Shown piece after piece: positions 1 to 13,400 of a stretch of 64,000 nt of DNA. The position numbers were made by a program, and so were the translations under genes. Position 1 is the stretch's first letter. Each line of letters starts with the position of its first letter. Under the pieces are notes generated by a model that made no database searches, was not told the origin of the DNA, and saw nothing but the letters and a program-made list of their open reading frames with translations. The stretch is from Trichoplax sp. H2 (taxonomy: Eukaryota), in assembly GCA_003344405.1 (NCBI GenBank), contig NOWV01000002.1:744001-808000 (forward strand), written 5' to 3'.

Positions 1-602
1 TAAGTTAATATACTAGGATATTAGTCAGAAGAAAAGCCATTATGTAAAATAGCATTAACGTCGGTCAATATCACTAAGAATTACATTGATGTCGATCTAT
101 TTTAATGGATATCAAAGCATAACCTAAAATATGTAGCTATCAACCGTACTGTACCGGTAGAATTCACTATTGGCTAGTGAACATAATAGGATGGCTAGAA
201 TGATAGCTATTTAATATGCTATTAGATTATTCATACGATTACAATTACAAATGAATATCAGTAACTATACTGGACAGATTGGCAAAGTAGTAGAATTTCT
301 AACCTAACTCGTGTTATGGCTCTTGCGAATACTAAATATCATTTAGACTTAAGATGCTTTTCTTATAATTTTTGTGATCAATTAGCAGCCTAAATATGAT
401 GAGTAAACGGTTAAATACTAAAAATGGAATTTGATTACTATACTTGCGCAGCTAACCAACATAGCAATGCATACTACATACAATATTGATAGTACTGTAT
501 CTGATTTTAAAACATGAGAATGTAATGATTAACTAGTTAATAGAATAAGTTAAAAGAAGTAACGAACTAATAACTAGTACAGTGATGACTAAGTATAAAA
601 AT

Positions 603-1428
603 ACTCATATTTCTGTTTACTAGAGTTATTGTTTATCCTGCTCTAAATTGTTCAAGTTATTCTCACTTGAGGACCTTTTGCAATTATGATGGCATCAAAA
701 CTTCTTCAATCAGTCTAGTTGAAGATAGCATAAGTGAGCGATTAATTGAAACATCTGCCGACTTTCTCTATGGTTCTAGCTTATGGTGTAATGATTTAAT
801 GTATATAGATGAATTTTTCATTACGGTATTATGGATTAAAGTTTGAGTCATTCAATCAGTTATCGAAAGATAGTGTTCCTTACAATCCAATGTTGTATTC
901 AGAATCATATTATTTATCTTGTCCGCAGTAGTAATAAAGAGAGAGAATGCCTATTTAGGGTATTCANNNNNNNNNNNNNNNNNNNNACTCATATTTCTGT
1001 TTACTAGAGTTATTGTTTATCCTGCTCTAAATTGTTCAAGTTATTCTCACTTGAGGACCTTTTGCAATTATGATGGCATCAAAACTTCTTCAATCAGTCT
1101 AGTTGAAGATAGCATAAGTGAGCGATTAATTGAAACTTCTGCCGACTTTCTCTATGGTTCTAGCTTATGGTGTAATGATTTAATGTATAATAGGAATGGC
1201 CGGAGTCTTAGCATTGGCCGTGACCAATCTTAAGGACAAAATCATTCTTAGGAATGGCCGTAACATATAGATGAATTTTTCATTACGGTATTATGGATTA
1301 AAGTTTGAGTCATTCAATCAGTTATCGAAAGATAGTGTTCCTTACAATCTAATGTTGTATTCAGAATCATATTATTTATCTTGTCCGCAGTAGCAATAAA
1401 GAGAGAGAATGCCTATTTAGGGTATTCA
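603..1428. repeat. Direct duplication flanking a 20-N assembly gap (probably two uncollapsed haplotypes)
   Basis: 603-966 is repeated at 987-1428 on either side of Ns at 967-986. The copies differ by 3 substitutions (acatct/acttct, atccaa/atctaa, gtaata/gcaata) and a 78-bp insertion present only in copy 2. Confidence 0.9.
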
Positions 1429-4400
1429 TTTCTTCACTATAAGATATTATTCATGTAGTTGGAATTTATTTTAACAGACAAAATTATATCCTTTGAGTAA
1501 GATCATAAATTCGAATTAACAAAAATAAAACTGGATTCGTTACTTGATTGAAAGCCTTTAGATAGATCTGAATACTGTTCAAGCGTTTATTGGTTTGATT
1601 ATTCATTCGTACTCAAAGAAACTCAAAATTTAAAATCGGTCTCTGACGCTTATGGTTCTATTATTAGATCTACAAGAAATATTCAATTTATTGTAAACCT
1701 CGCTTTTGCTATTATTGTCTAGTGGCTTACTCTTTCATTTTCAGAATATTTAGTTGTTTATGAACTCTTCTTAAATTATAATAAAATATGACTAAATCTG
1801 AGATGTAATGTTAATTTTAGTAATCTGTCAATTCGCTAGTATCCTCGCTCAAAGTGTGACTAAAAAGATCTTTCCATTAGAGTCAACTATTTAATGTTCA
1901 ATGTATTAGTTACGGACAACAACTTGAACTAATATCGCAGAACGATTTTCTTCTGATTCAGTTATTTGAATGAGAACTGATCGGATAACAACCAAGTCTG
2001 TTTTATGATAATTGTCTAACCGAATATGAATGACAGCCAAAAGATTATACAGTTTTTATAAAGAATATTCGTGGTTAAAACTATGAAAAAATTAATGCAT
2101 TTTGCTTGGACTTAACTATTGGTTGATTTTTGATATGAATTGATGGAATAATTTATGCAGTCATGCGTTGAACGATCTAATATAAAAGTTGCCAGCTGTA
2201 ATACTTTAAAAATAATCTGTTAGATATCGTAGTTTGGAAATATACGGACGCATTTACTATAGCTTCCGTAATATTAAAAGACCATTATAGTAAGTAAAGA
2301 ATCTTGTGAGACAGAATTTATCGATCTTACAAAATATCAATAGATTAATAACCTAATATCGACTAAGAAGTCACTCTTTAAGGACATTTCTTTCTAGTTA
2401 GTAACGTACTATTATAGATAGTAAGAAGGATATACGTATTAGAAGTAACCAATCTGACGAAAAATAAAACGTTACGATAAGGTAGCGATAGTGCAGTAAT
2501 CAAATGACCCGTTGGTATGCAAGCGGTAAGCTAATCTAGAATGTAAAAGGAGCAGGGTCATACTGTAATGGAACTAGTGTTATAGAAGAGGTGAAAATAT
2601 CTGTTATTTATGATGGCTTCCCATGGCTATCATTAATTAGCTAATAATTTATTATATTTATACACAGTTACCGATGTTAAATTTTGTGTAGTACGGTACT
2701 TTTAGCCTGTCAAGTATGACAATTTGTAACAAAATTAGAAAATTGTTTGCTATTTGCATTTTACTGGTGTCTACGTACTATTAATTGTTATTTCTAGTTA
2801 TCAGCGAGTTTATAAATATCAGTAATTGATGCTGTTCTCATATACACGTACATTATATGATATGAATAGAAATATCAATTAAAATTTTAAAGTAATCTTT
2901 TTCATCATTTTAGCTAAATACTATGGCTATACTGTACAACAGCTGCATTTCATTAATATTTCTCGGTAACAAATATTCTAAACAGTAAAATACTTTGGAA
3001 TTAAGCTCAGGCATAGTAATACATTTACATTGAATCTATAGATAATAGTATTATTTAGTGAGGGCTTAGTCGCTTAGGCACGTAACAAATTATAAAATTG
3101 CGCAAGGGGCTGTTATGCATGTACGATATAAAATGATCATAATATTACCGACGAAGGGTATTCTAATTATTTGATATTAAAATATTAGCAAATTTGAGGC
3201 TAAATTTATGCCAAATTTAGTGATAGCAATCCGTGTTTATTACTACTAAACAGGTTAATTCATTACAATCTTGTAATATTCATATTCTGAGAGCTGACTG
3301 ACATTTATAATCATACGATTCACTTTTCTGATAACTCTAGTAATCATGATAATGAACGAAAAATATTTCACCCGCTTTTTTCATTATTCATTGTGATGGT
3401 CATTGCAAATTTATATAAAATCGCCATCAATTCAATACGGTATCCAGGCGAAATATCCTTTTATGTAATTAATTACAAACTTTTTATTTTTCTCTTTTCT
3501 CAGTTTTAAATAATTCAATAACCTTGTTACTTCTAATATTAATGAATAGTCATATCTTGTTAACTAGATATATTGAACAGGAAAAAGTAATTAAAGACGA
3601 ATTGTATAATTTCTGTCCTTAGAATGGTGTAATATTTGATAAGATATCATTGAAGAGCATTTTTATTGTCTGAAACAATAATAATTTTTCATCTATAAAT
3701 TTTAGGATTAATTAATACATTTATCCATTTTCTATTTCATATCCAGCTACTATAGTTCTATAAAAATGGATAGAATAGCAACTGGCTTTGCATTTTTCAA
3801 ATCGTTAATTGAGATACCACACATAAGATATTCAAAAAGTATGTACAGTACTATCATTAATTTCGTTTCTGTCTTGTGTATATATATAAAGCAAATATCA
3901 TAACAAGGGAATGATTTTTCTATTATTTCATTCATAGTAAGCTTTGGTTGATTTATATACTGTATTGTTTATACTACCTATCAAGCTGTAGTGGTCGCCC
4001 GATTTATCAGCAGAAATCTACTTCTCTACCTATTCATTATTCTAGCTTTATATTATATCTATTTTTGAATTATATTACTTCATAATTAGTACCTGGTGTA
4101 TCGGCGATAAAGTATACATGCAGTCGATACTATCACTATTAAAATAAGTTCTACGCTTTATATTAAATTCATGAGTCATTCTATCCTTCTGTATTGATAT
4201 ATAGAAGAAAGAATGTTTTTCTTTAAGGTCATCGTTTCAAATGGATCAAAGCTAAGATCAGATTGCTTCGGAGTCGATCTTAGAAGGTGTGAAGATAAAT
4301 AGGTAAAGACGAATAATTACGGTTGTTAGCATGTTTCCTGGAGATCATAGTAGGCAAAATATACCAGTCTATTGCTTGGCGATCTAGTCATAAGGCCTTC

Positions 4401-7400
4401 ACTTGATTTATGATAATAGTTTGATAGATCGACTATAAATTATTCCGATATTTAGGAATTATTATTAACAAAGAAACTATAAATAGTTTTCGACATAATT
4501 ATTCGAATACGTTTTAATCATATAAATGTTACTGCACAATTGGCATCATAGGCAAAAGATGTCGAGAAAGATGTGGATATTTAATTGAGCTAAAATTTCT
4601 TTTGTTGACGTGCGAGTACATCGCAGATGAAATATTTCGCAGTGGCATATTCCATCCGTTGATTGACTAGTCATTCTGTATGGTACTCATAGCTTATAAG
4701 AACGCAAACTGACGATTTAGAAATGTTATCAGAAATTTAATACCAAAATATCCTTGGTAATATTATTATGATATTTTAACTCACATTGTTCGATACTAAT
4801 AATAGCTGATTGGGGTACTGTTAGCTATTTCAGCTTTATTAAAGTGAAAATCTAACAAAGATGATGTCATCTAAGTTTACGATATAGAGTAATATTTCAA
4901 CGACAAAAAATATTCTATCAATGATAGGTAAGGGTGACGATTTCAAGCGCGGAATCTCGTGCTTTCTTGCTATTAGAATGAAAGTATTTTATTTCCTAGT
5001 AATTTTACTTGAAAATAGTGATTATGGCTATAGTAGCTGAGATAGAAATTAGTAGAACAAAGCTATCTTCGGATATTAGTTTATGAAAGTTGATCAAAGG
5101 TTAACCTTACATAGTAGCTATTTGTCAAGCTAATAAAATGGATAAGTCAACAGCGATAAGTACAGCCTAGCTAGGGAACTGTAGTAGTAAGGAAAAAATT
5201 TATCAGTGAAACTATAAACCTTTTCAATTTTTAAAAAAATAATGAAACTCTAGTTCTCGTTTGGGTACTGGGCAGAATTGATGAAATTTGTTAAATTGTT
5301 GGAAATAACAGTATTTGATAATTTATTTGATTTGACTAGCGAATTCTGCCTCCTCTCGATCATTACATTTGTTTTATTAAAAAAATCGTTGTCAAGCCAT
5401 TCTTTCATATCAACAATCAAATCTAAAGGCTCGAAAAACTGTACTTCAGACTGAAAACAAACAGTACTTCTTCAACAACACGCATTATTAATATAAGATG
5501 TGAGAGAATGGCCGTTATAGAATGATAATGGTATCATAATATTTTTGAATCAGTCAATAATTAAGATTATCCTTTTAGACTTTGAACCTGAAGACTGAAG
5601 TAATTTTAGACTGATGGTGTGACAGAAAGTAAATAGCCAGAATTAGACATGCGATGAAGATTGACTAATTTTACGTAGCAAGCACTCAAAGTCGATACAT
5701 GGTAATGATCCCTCTAGTAGATCTTCAACTTATTCCGATCATTGATATTAAGATGGTGATTGATAAAAAAATTCAATGTCAATGTCTTTTAATAAAGAAA
5801 AGTAACTCAAGGAAATATAAGGATAATAAGGATTCGATGTGAAGCAATAATTATAATACAGTGGTACTGTGCCTGTAATATTTACATTATGCTATAAAAG
5901 GATTATAACGTATCTTAATCGCCAATAGTGAAAAATTACGAATCTAATAAGGCGCAGGAAACGAAAAATTGTCTATCAAGTTATATAAACTGTACATTAT
6001 AGTATGCCAATATATCAGATAGGGATTTTAAGGTGTTATTTTAATCAAAGTTTAGATCTTATTTACCGGGGGTAACGCGATACGAGGCGTTAAAGTTAGC
6101 TTAGACACCATTATGCTAGCGTTATAATTTCATTTTTTTAAAATGATTAAATTTATAAGTTAGTACTTACTTGATTGTCTAATAATTATAATGGAATCCA
6201 AAATGTAGAATAAGTTTGATATGGATTGATTATGAGTAATTCAATTGACTTCCGAATTGACGTCCGATGGTTATAATTACTTGAAAGTATTAAAGTTATT
6301 CGTCCGCTTTCTTCAATGATTTGGTTCAAGAAATTGTTCGTGATTTGATTTGAAAAGTACCTCGTAGGTTGCAGTTTATCCTTGAGTTAATAATCAGAAT
6401 AATATCGGCACAGCCGTTATTCAGTTATTAACGTAATCTAGAGTATATCCGATCAAAGGTGATACTAATTAAGATTAACGATACAGCTCATATTATTTTA
6501 TAGACAGAGTTATGACTTGTGATCATGATCGTTGACTTATTTGGCCGCAAATGATAAATAATACCAGCAATAGAGGATATACATAAGAATCGTGTTCGAT
6601 CGAGAAATAAGAAGAGAATACACTGAAAGAAAAGCCAAATTTGTAGTGATATCCGCTGGAATTGTAAAGTCAGTTAGGGGTCGAACAAAAAAATAACGTC
6701 GTCAACTGGTACTATTTAGTGTGAGAGTGATCAAAACAACAGCCTAATGCAGTTCCTAAAAGTAGACTAGATAATATAACACATGAGTCTAGCCGATAAT
6801 GAGTTGATTATTGGTTTGGCAAGCGAACAATAGCTGACTTCTCTTTAATATGATGTAAGAATATAATAAATATGTAACAATAGCGGGATGTTTGTCAGCA
6901 TAACACTGCTGGGCAGAGAAAATAATTCAATAGGCAATTAAATTGATGAATGTAGATGTTGACAACGATTACTGCATTGAAGTTTCAACAATTTAATCAA
7001 TAAATAGATCACATTGTGTTGGTAATCAATATCGTAGAATAATAACTTATATATATACTTAGTCATTTTACTCCACGTTACCCCCCCTTTTCGTTGATTA
7101 TCTTTATCGACTAGTGGGCGATAATTGATTTCATCAGTTCATTAAAAGCTGCTACTTCAATAATTAAGAAAGAGAAATACTTTTTGTTGTAATCTTCCAA
7201 ATCTGAGAGGGTTGTTCAGGCAACTCAGTTAATTATAACATTCAACAGTGATAATAAATAAAGTCAGTACTATTAATATGTTGGAGGATATAAACTTTGC
7301 AGTTTTACTCAAGAATTGATATCATATATTCCTAGATTAAAAATAGATTATCTGCTACGCACTGAAATTATTAATTGCCTTTCGAATGTCAATGATAAAA

Positions 7401-10400
7401 GACTTTGTGCTATCATGAAATCATGCGCCCTATGACGTCTACTAGGTTCAGAAATCGACATGTTTTATCCTGCAATATAGAAATTTATTTTTTGTGATAA
7501 TGCTCACTTTTACCGTAACATCGCCATAGATAACCTTTAATTAAATATAGTTATGGATTGTAGTTAAAAGGATAATTTCTAGGTCACAGATTCTGTAGTT
7601 GCATTTCAGTTACGAATGCAGGTAAATTACTATATTTCTTTCCAATGTTACAAGCTAAAAACAGTTCATTATGATGTATGCGAAACTTGTGATAAGATTA
7701 ATTGAGGCTACTTATGATAGTCTACTATAAGCTAGATTTAGAAATTGCTTTAATAATACAAAGTACAATCATGATAAGACATCCCACTTAGGGTGATAAT
7801 TCAATTTAAAAGTTTAATTCTTATACCAGCTCGTGAAGCCGGCTATTTTTCATCTAAACAATCATGATAGACGCACTTATAAATAGATATGTAATACTTT
7901 AGTATAAATAACTAACGGTATTTATTGTCTCTACTTTTATTCGTCAGATTGATAGGTACTAGTTTGACAATTATTATAATTTTTTGCGATAACTTTTACG
8001 ATGACTTATTACTAGGTAGTAGGTCTTTAGCTATCTGTGATATATACCTATCACGAAATTCCAAATTTTAGAAAAATAAGGGCTTTATTGAATCTTATAC
8101 AAAGATTAACTACACACAGCTCTACTCTAGCCGAATACTGCTGCTAAATACTTCTAGAACGAACTAACAGAATAATCTAAAGTTGCATGCTTTTATACTT
8201 TCCGTAGCATTCGCAGCTATAATCCGCGTGGCAACCTTTTACCTTATTTTACACATAGTTAAATTATTCTTAGTAAGACTATTCTACTCCGGACCATAAT
8301 TAATCCAATATGGATACGACTACAGTACTTACGTAGACATTATTCACACTAACCAAAGTACAATGAATTAACCATATCCTAATATATGATTTACAGTCTA
8401 CAATCACAATACTAGTTACATTACACTATCATACTTCATGACAATTGAGTAACTAAGGATTCAAACTGCATCGTAAACTGTAACATCATATCTAGTCCCT
8501 TCTCATGTAATTTACCAGTAATGGAATATTACCTAAGCCGTTATTCGATCTTCAAACCTGACAGTACATTTATAATCTGAAGTGAATAGGTAATCTTTTT
8601 TCTTTTTGATATTATATTCTATGTAACTTACTTTGCTTTTAACTATTATAGATGCATGATTATGAAAGAATCGTGGAGTCAATTAAATATTGATACTTCA
8701 TCATAGATTTTGATAACAGTAGATGCGATTGATTTTTGAGTTTTCGATTATTAATGTAGCCTATTATTTTAATTTTATTCCGCTTTTGTGGACAAATATT
8801 TTGCCATATCTATGACACCCTTATAATAATTGATTAAATCCATTTTTTTCCAAGTTCAATCTTACGAACAGTAGTTTGGTAGATTTATTCGTCAGGGAAT
8901 AATTATATATGGAAATATTGTCACATGCGTATAATGTGCGTAGTATGATTATTTTGTTGGAGATGCAGTAGTGTCACTCTCAACCTGTAGATTGCAGCCT
9001 AATCCAAAACTTCCGTTACGGAGGAATTAAATCGTACGCAATGAAAGAAAGTCTTGTAGAATATAGATGAAGACTTAGGTTGAAACAACTCTTAATTAAA
9101 TTCTGAAATTAGATGAAGGCTTTTACAGTAGAGCGTAAATGAATTGAATTTATAGTAATAGTAAATTATAGGATTTAATGCAGGAAAATGCGTTAAAATT
9201 TCTCTTATCCTTTCAATATCGTCGATTAAAGTTTTAACGAATGATTAAAATTAGACCAGAGCCGCTGGGGACCTTCACCAAATATCTAATGGGAATAAAT
9301 ATTCTGCAGTCGAATGGTCATATTTACTGCAAGTACGGTAAAGTCACGAAAATCATGGTTAATGATTAGAATCGATAAATAAATTCTAAGGCTATTTTTA
9401 TCCATTATCATTAGCATGATAGTGAGAATTGGAGAAGGATAGTCTAGGTTTCGTTGTTATTTTAACGCGCACTATTTCAACAAATTATTTAATATTTCTC
9501 TATAAATTTCATATAGAGTCGGGATAATAAAGTGTTTTGAATATAAAAGCGTAACGACTGGTAGAATAGTTATATTTGCAATCCGCATAAATTACTGTAA
9601 TTGTAATCATACCAACAATAATAAATTCAAGAAGTAATGATAATTACTGAATACATAAAGTCAGAATTAATTAGCACATGTTTAGTCATTTCATATATAT
9701 GTGACAGTGTTATATACTGTATTAGAATAGAAATATCTATGTTAGGATAATTTTATTAGCCTAACCTTATTTAGCTAGCTTCTAATTTGGATATACTGTG
9801 TTTTAATATAGCACTGGCTTTACGTGACAGTGACATATATACATATTCTGAAGTTGATAGTTATATTAGGGAATACGAATTATTTACTTACAGTTCGAAT
9901 CATTGTGATTGTAAGTTACTTATGGTAGATTGTAAATTATCGTGGAAATGTTGCGTGATAGGTCATATCATAATCTGACTATTCTGTATTGGTTATCAGA
10001 TGTCTATGTTCGTAACTACTGTTATCTGCATTAGGGAGCAGTAGCTAAAATTAATGCCTAATTCTGTGAATGATTCTAAAGTAAATCGTACTAACTATGA
10101 CTCATGAAGTATTGAGGAAGACTCAGAAACGCAATATATCGTGTAATAAAGTTAATTCTTAAACTTAGTGTTTAACGTAAAATACGAGGCGTCTAAGTCT
10201 TTATGTAGTCTGCTAGTAGAACAAAAGTGTTCCTGATAGTGCAGATATCTTTCGTTGATACGTGGTTCAAGGAATTGACTTATTGATCGTACATTACGTT
10301 ATCTTGTCGCAAAGCTGTTTTGTGACAATGTATAAAACTTTAAGATGACCGCATTCCTAGCTCTTGGTTTAAGTTTCAATTTGATTAATCTATCGGCTGA

Positions 10401-13400
10401 GATGGAATTCCAACATCACGTAAAGAATGGCACTGATTATATCTTATAAGATTAAAGGTGCTAAAATATCAGTCTATAAATTTATCAAGATAAATTATAG
10501 TCCACTAAATTATAGCATAAATTTTACCTCCCTTTAGCACAGATTTTTTATTCAGTAAAGTAAAACTAAATTTATCCAGATGCAGTATCATTAGTGGAAT
10601 AAAAGCTCAGATTTTTTATTTACAACTTTATGACATAGAAGCTGATATTGAAATCGGGTTATAATCTCGGACAACATGTGATAAGCAATGAATAAGTTAT
10701 TCTTTAGTACTAGATCACTTTTACGCATCATTACAATTTTAATTCAATAGACCGGCTAACATATCTAGGGAATGAAGGCATAATTGTATATGTACCTTTA
10801 AGATGTAAACGTTGCAGGATAAACTTATAACTTCATTGAATGCATTATGGTACAAAATCTTTTGCGATAATTTAGTTCTAGCTATGATAGAAGAGCATTT
10901 CTTATTAGTGTTGCAGAGGTTAGATCATTATTACAAATCTATTTATATTATTCCATGAGCATACTAAAGGATAGAAATTTAAGAAGGATCATTTGATCTA
11001 TATCATGAATTTAAACCCTATTTTGATTGAATATTAATTCGCCTTTAGTTACACCAGAAGTAAATATAGCCAAGAATTTGTTGAATATGGATGAAATTAA
11101 GGCATGCTATTTTATTTTCATCGGAATATTCTAAGAAACCGATCATAATTATATGAAATCGTAATCAATTTTAGGCTTAAGCCGGCTTGAAATAAGCCCA
11201 TCGTGAGAGCTGACTATAGTAAGGTGCAAATCGAAATAAGTGCCTACAATAGATTGTAAGTAGGATTCAGGGAAGCCGAGCAACTGCAAGGCATGTTATG
11301 ACATAACATCAAGATAAACTAACTAGGATAGCTTATCTGCCATACAAAACCAATTTAGAGAAGATAACATTAACTTGCCTACTTGGTTTTCTTTATAACC
11401 TTGTTCGATGAGATTTAAATAAATATCTTTATAAAAAGAAATGGACTACGTTTGTATTAATCAGATGCTTTAAAGTCAGAATATTGTGAGGATACATTTA
11501 AATCAAAGAAACAAAATTAATTATAGCAAATCAACGCAATCATAGTAAACAAATTACTCAATTAGAAAAGAGTTTGATTTACGGTGGATGGGACAACTTA
11601 AAACGATATGTAATAAAGTGATAAAAAAGTTGATCAATATGGAGGATTTAATCCGGATGCAATAAATTACTAACGAATAACGTGATTTTTTCTTCCTAAA
11701 GCTGAGACCAGCATAAATTCAATCTATGATATCATTTGCTTCAAGAGCTACAATACCGTATTTCAGAAATACTTGCAATACCATTTTTTTTAAATTTGCG
11801 ATGAACAATGCTTAATAATGTTAAATGAGGCGTTTTTAAGGCTTGAATGAAGTTTTCATGAAATCAGCATAAAGTAAATGGTACTGTAGCTTTGTAGCGG
11901 AGGTTTTTGAAAGGATATACGTGTACGCAAGAATAGATATTTTTAGGAAATATAACTATGAGTGACGAAAAAATTTTCAGGTCGTAATCTTGAATAGTTT
12001 CAATGATTCTGATATTTAAGGTAAGGATAAAGTAAGCTTAGTCACTTTCATACAATAAGAAGTGATGCTAGACAATATCTTACGAAAATTATGTAATCAC
12101 AAAGAAACATGAACTATATTCAGTTGACCTTTATTTTTTATCGATAATAAATAAATCCGATTAATTACATCCACGGTCTAATAAATCCTTCCTTCGCAAG
12201 TTATCATTTATATATTGGCATATAGCGGGTGGAAACGTAAATATTAAGCAAGAGCTCTGCCAATTACTGCTTTAAGATATGTATTGATTATTTTCGTATT
12301 TCCCAAGTAGAATGATTGCTCAGATTTATGGGATAAGTGCTACATGAAGTAGGGATCTAGTTATTATAAATTCTAAAGGGGGTTTACTCATACTGTATTT
12401 TGGTAAAGTCTGCTTGTTAGACGCACATATTTTAGCTATATTGTAGTGCCGTGAGTTTAGTACTTGAGTTAAATTCTTAATTAAGTATAGAATTACTGAT
12501 ACACACTACCGGTTGGTTGCTCGTGCCCCGGTAAAATATGGTAATTCAATGCCCGTGCTTAACGCGTGGAAGCTTGATAATGTTACTACTACTACTACTA
12601 AATAGGTCATGTGCTAGGATTTATAAGCATATGTAAAGAGTAGATCGAGAGTTCTTCTTGTTCATAGTTAGTTATAAATACAGTTACGGTTGGCTTATAT
12701 TGTAATTCATAAACTTAACTCGGGTTTTAAATCCAGTTAGACTGATTTATTGTGGACCTTAAAAATCGACTTACTACATATACACATTGATAGTACACTA
12801 TTTCATAAAGGCTAAGATCTCATCGCTATATATGTTTGGTCTAAAAGTTTAGTTACAATTGGGTTCTTTATGTTTCATAAATCAAAAATATCAAAATAGG
12901 ATATTGATTACGTAGTTGCAGTATATAGTCAAAATTTCAGGTCAATTTTGACGACGTAGTTTCAGTTTTACAAAATATAAAGCTATCCTATCTTACTTTA
13001 TTTATCATTACAAATATGCAATAACCTATTTAATTCACGGAATTCTATTGATGATAGCAAAGTCTACAAACCAACTAGTCATAAGAAGGAATAATGGAAA
13101 CAGTATGATTAGCGAATAATAAAGGCAACATCATATGATAATCCTAATTTGGATTAAAATCAAGGTATACAGATCGTGATCTTTTGTGGAATAACTATTT
13201 GTATTCATTGACTTCGAAAATAGGAAAATGTATCCTGCTTAATAATGCTAACTTCTTATTAAATTATTATAAGAATAGGGTGAATTTTAATAATTTATCC
13301 TTATTAATATGACGAAATTAATGCTGTGAAAAATTTCAGATCGAAATATGCGTGGTAAGAACTTTGAATTTATCAGTATCTTTAATTTATTAATAAGTAT

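Noticed and set aside
919..1233. 104-aa ORF in the track
   Set aside because: It spans the N gap and joins two duplicated copies, starts at TTG and shows no protein-like features.
12583..12600. (TAC)n microsatellite after a small GC-rich patch at about 12505-12570
   Set aside because: It is a short simple repeat, and the patch has no complete hairpin, terminus or second copy.
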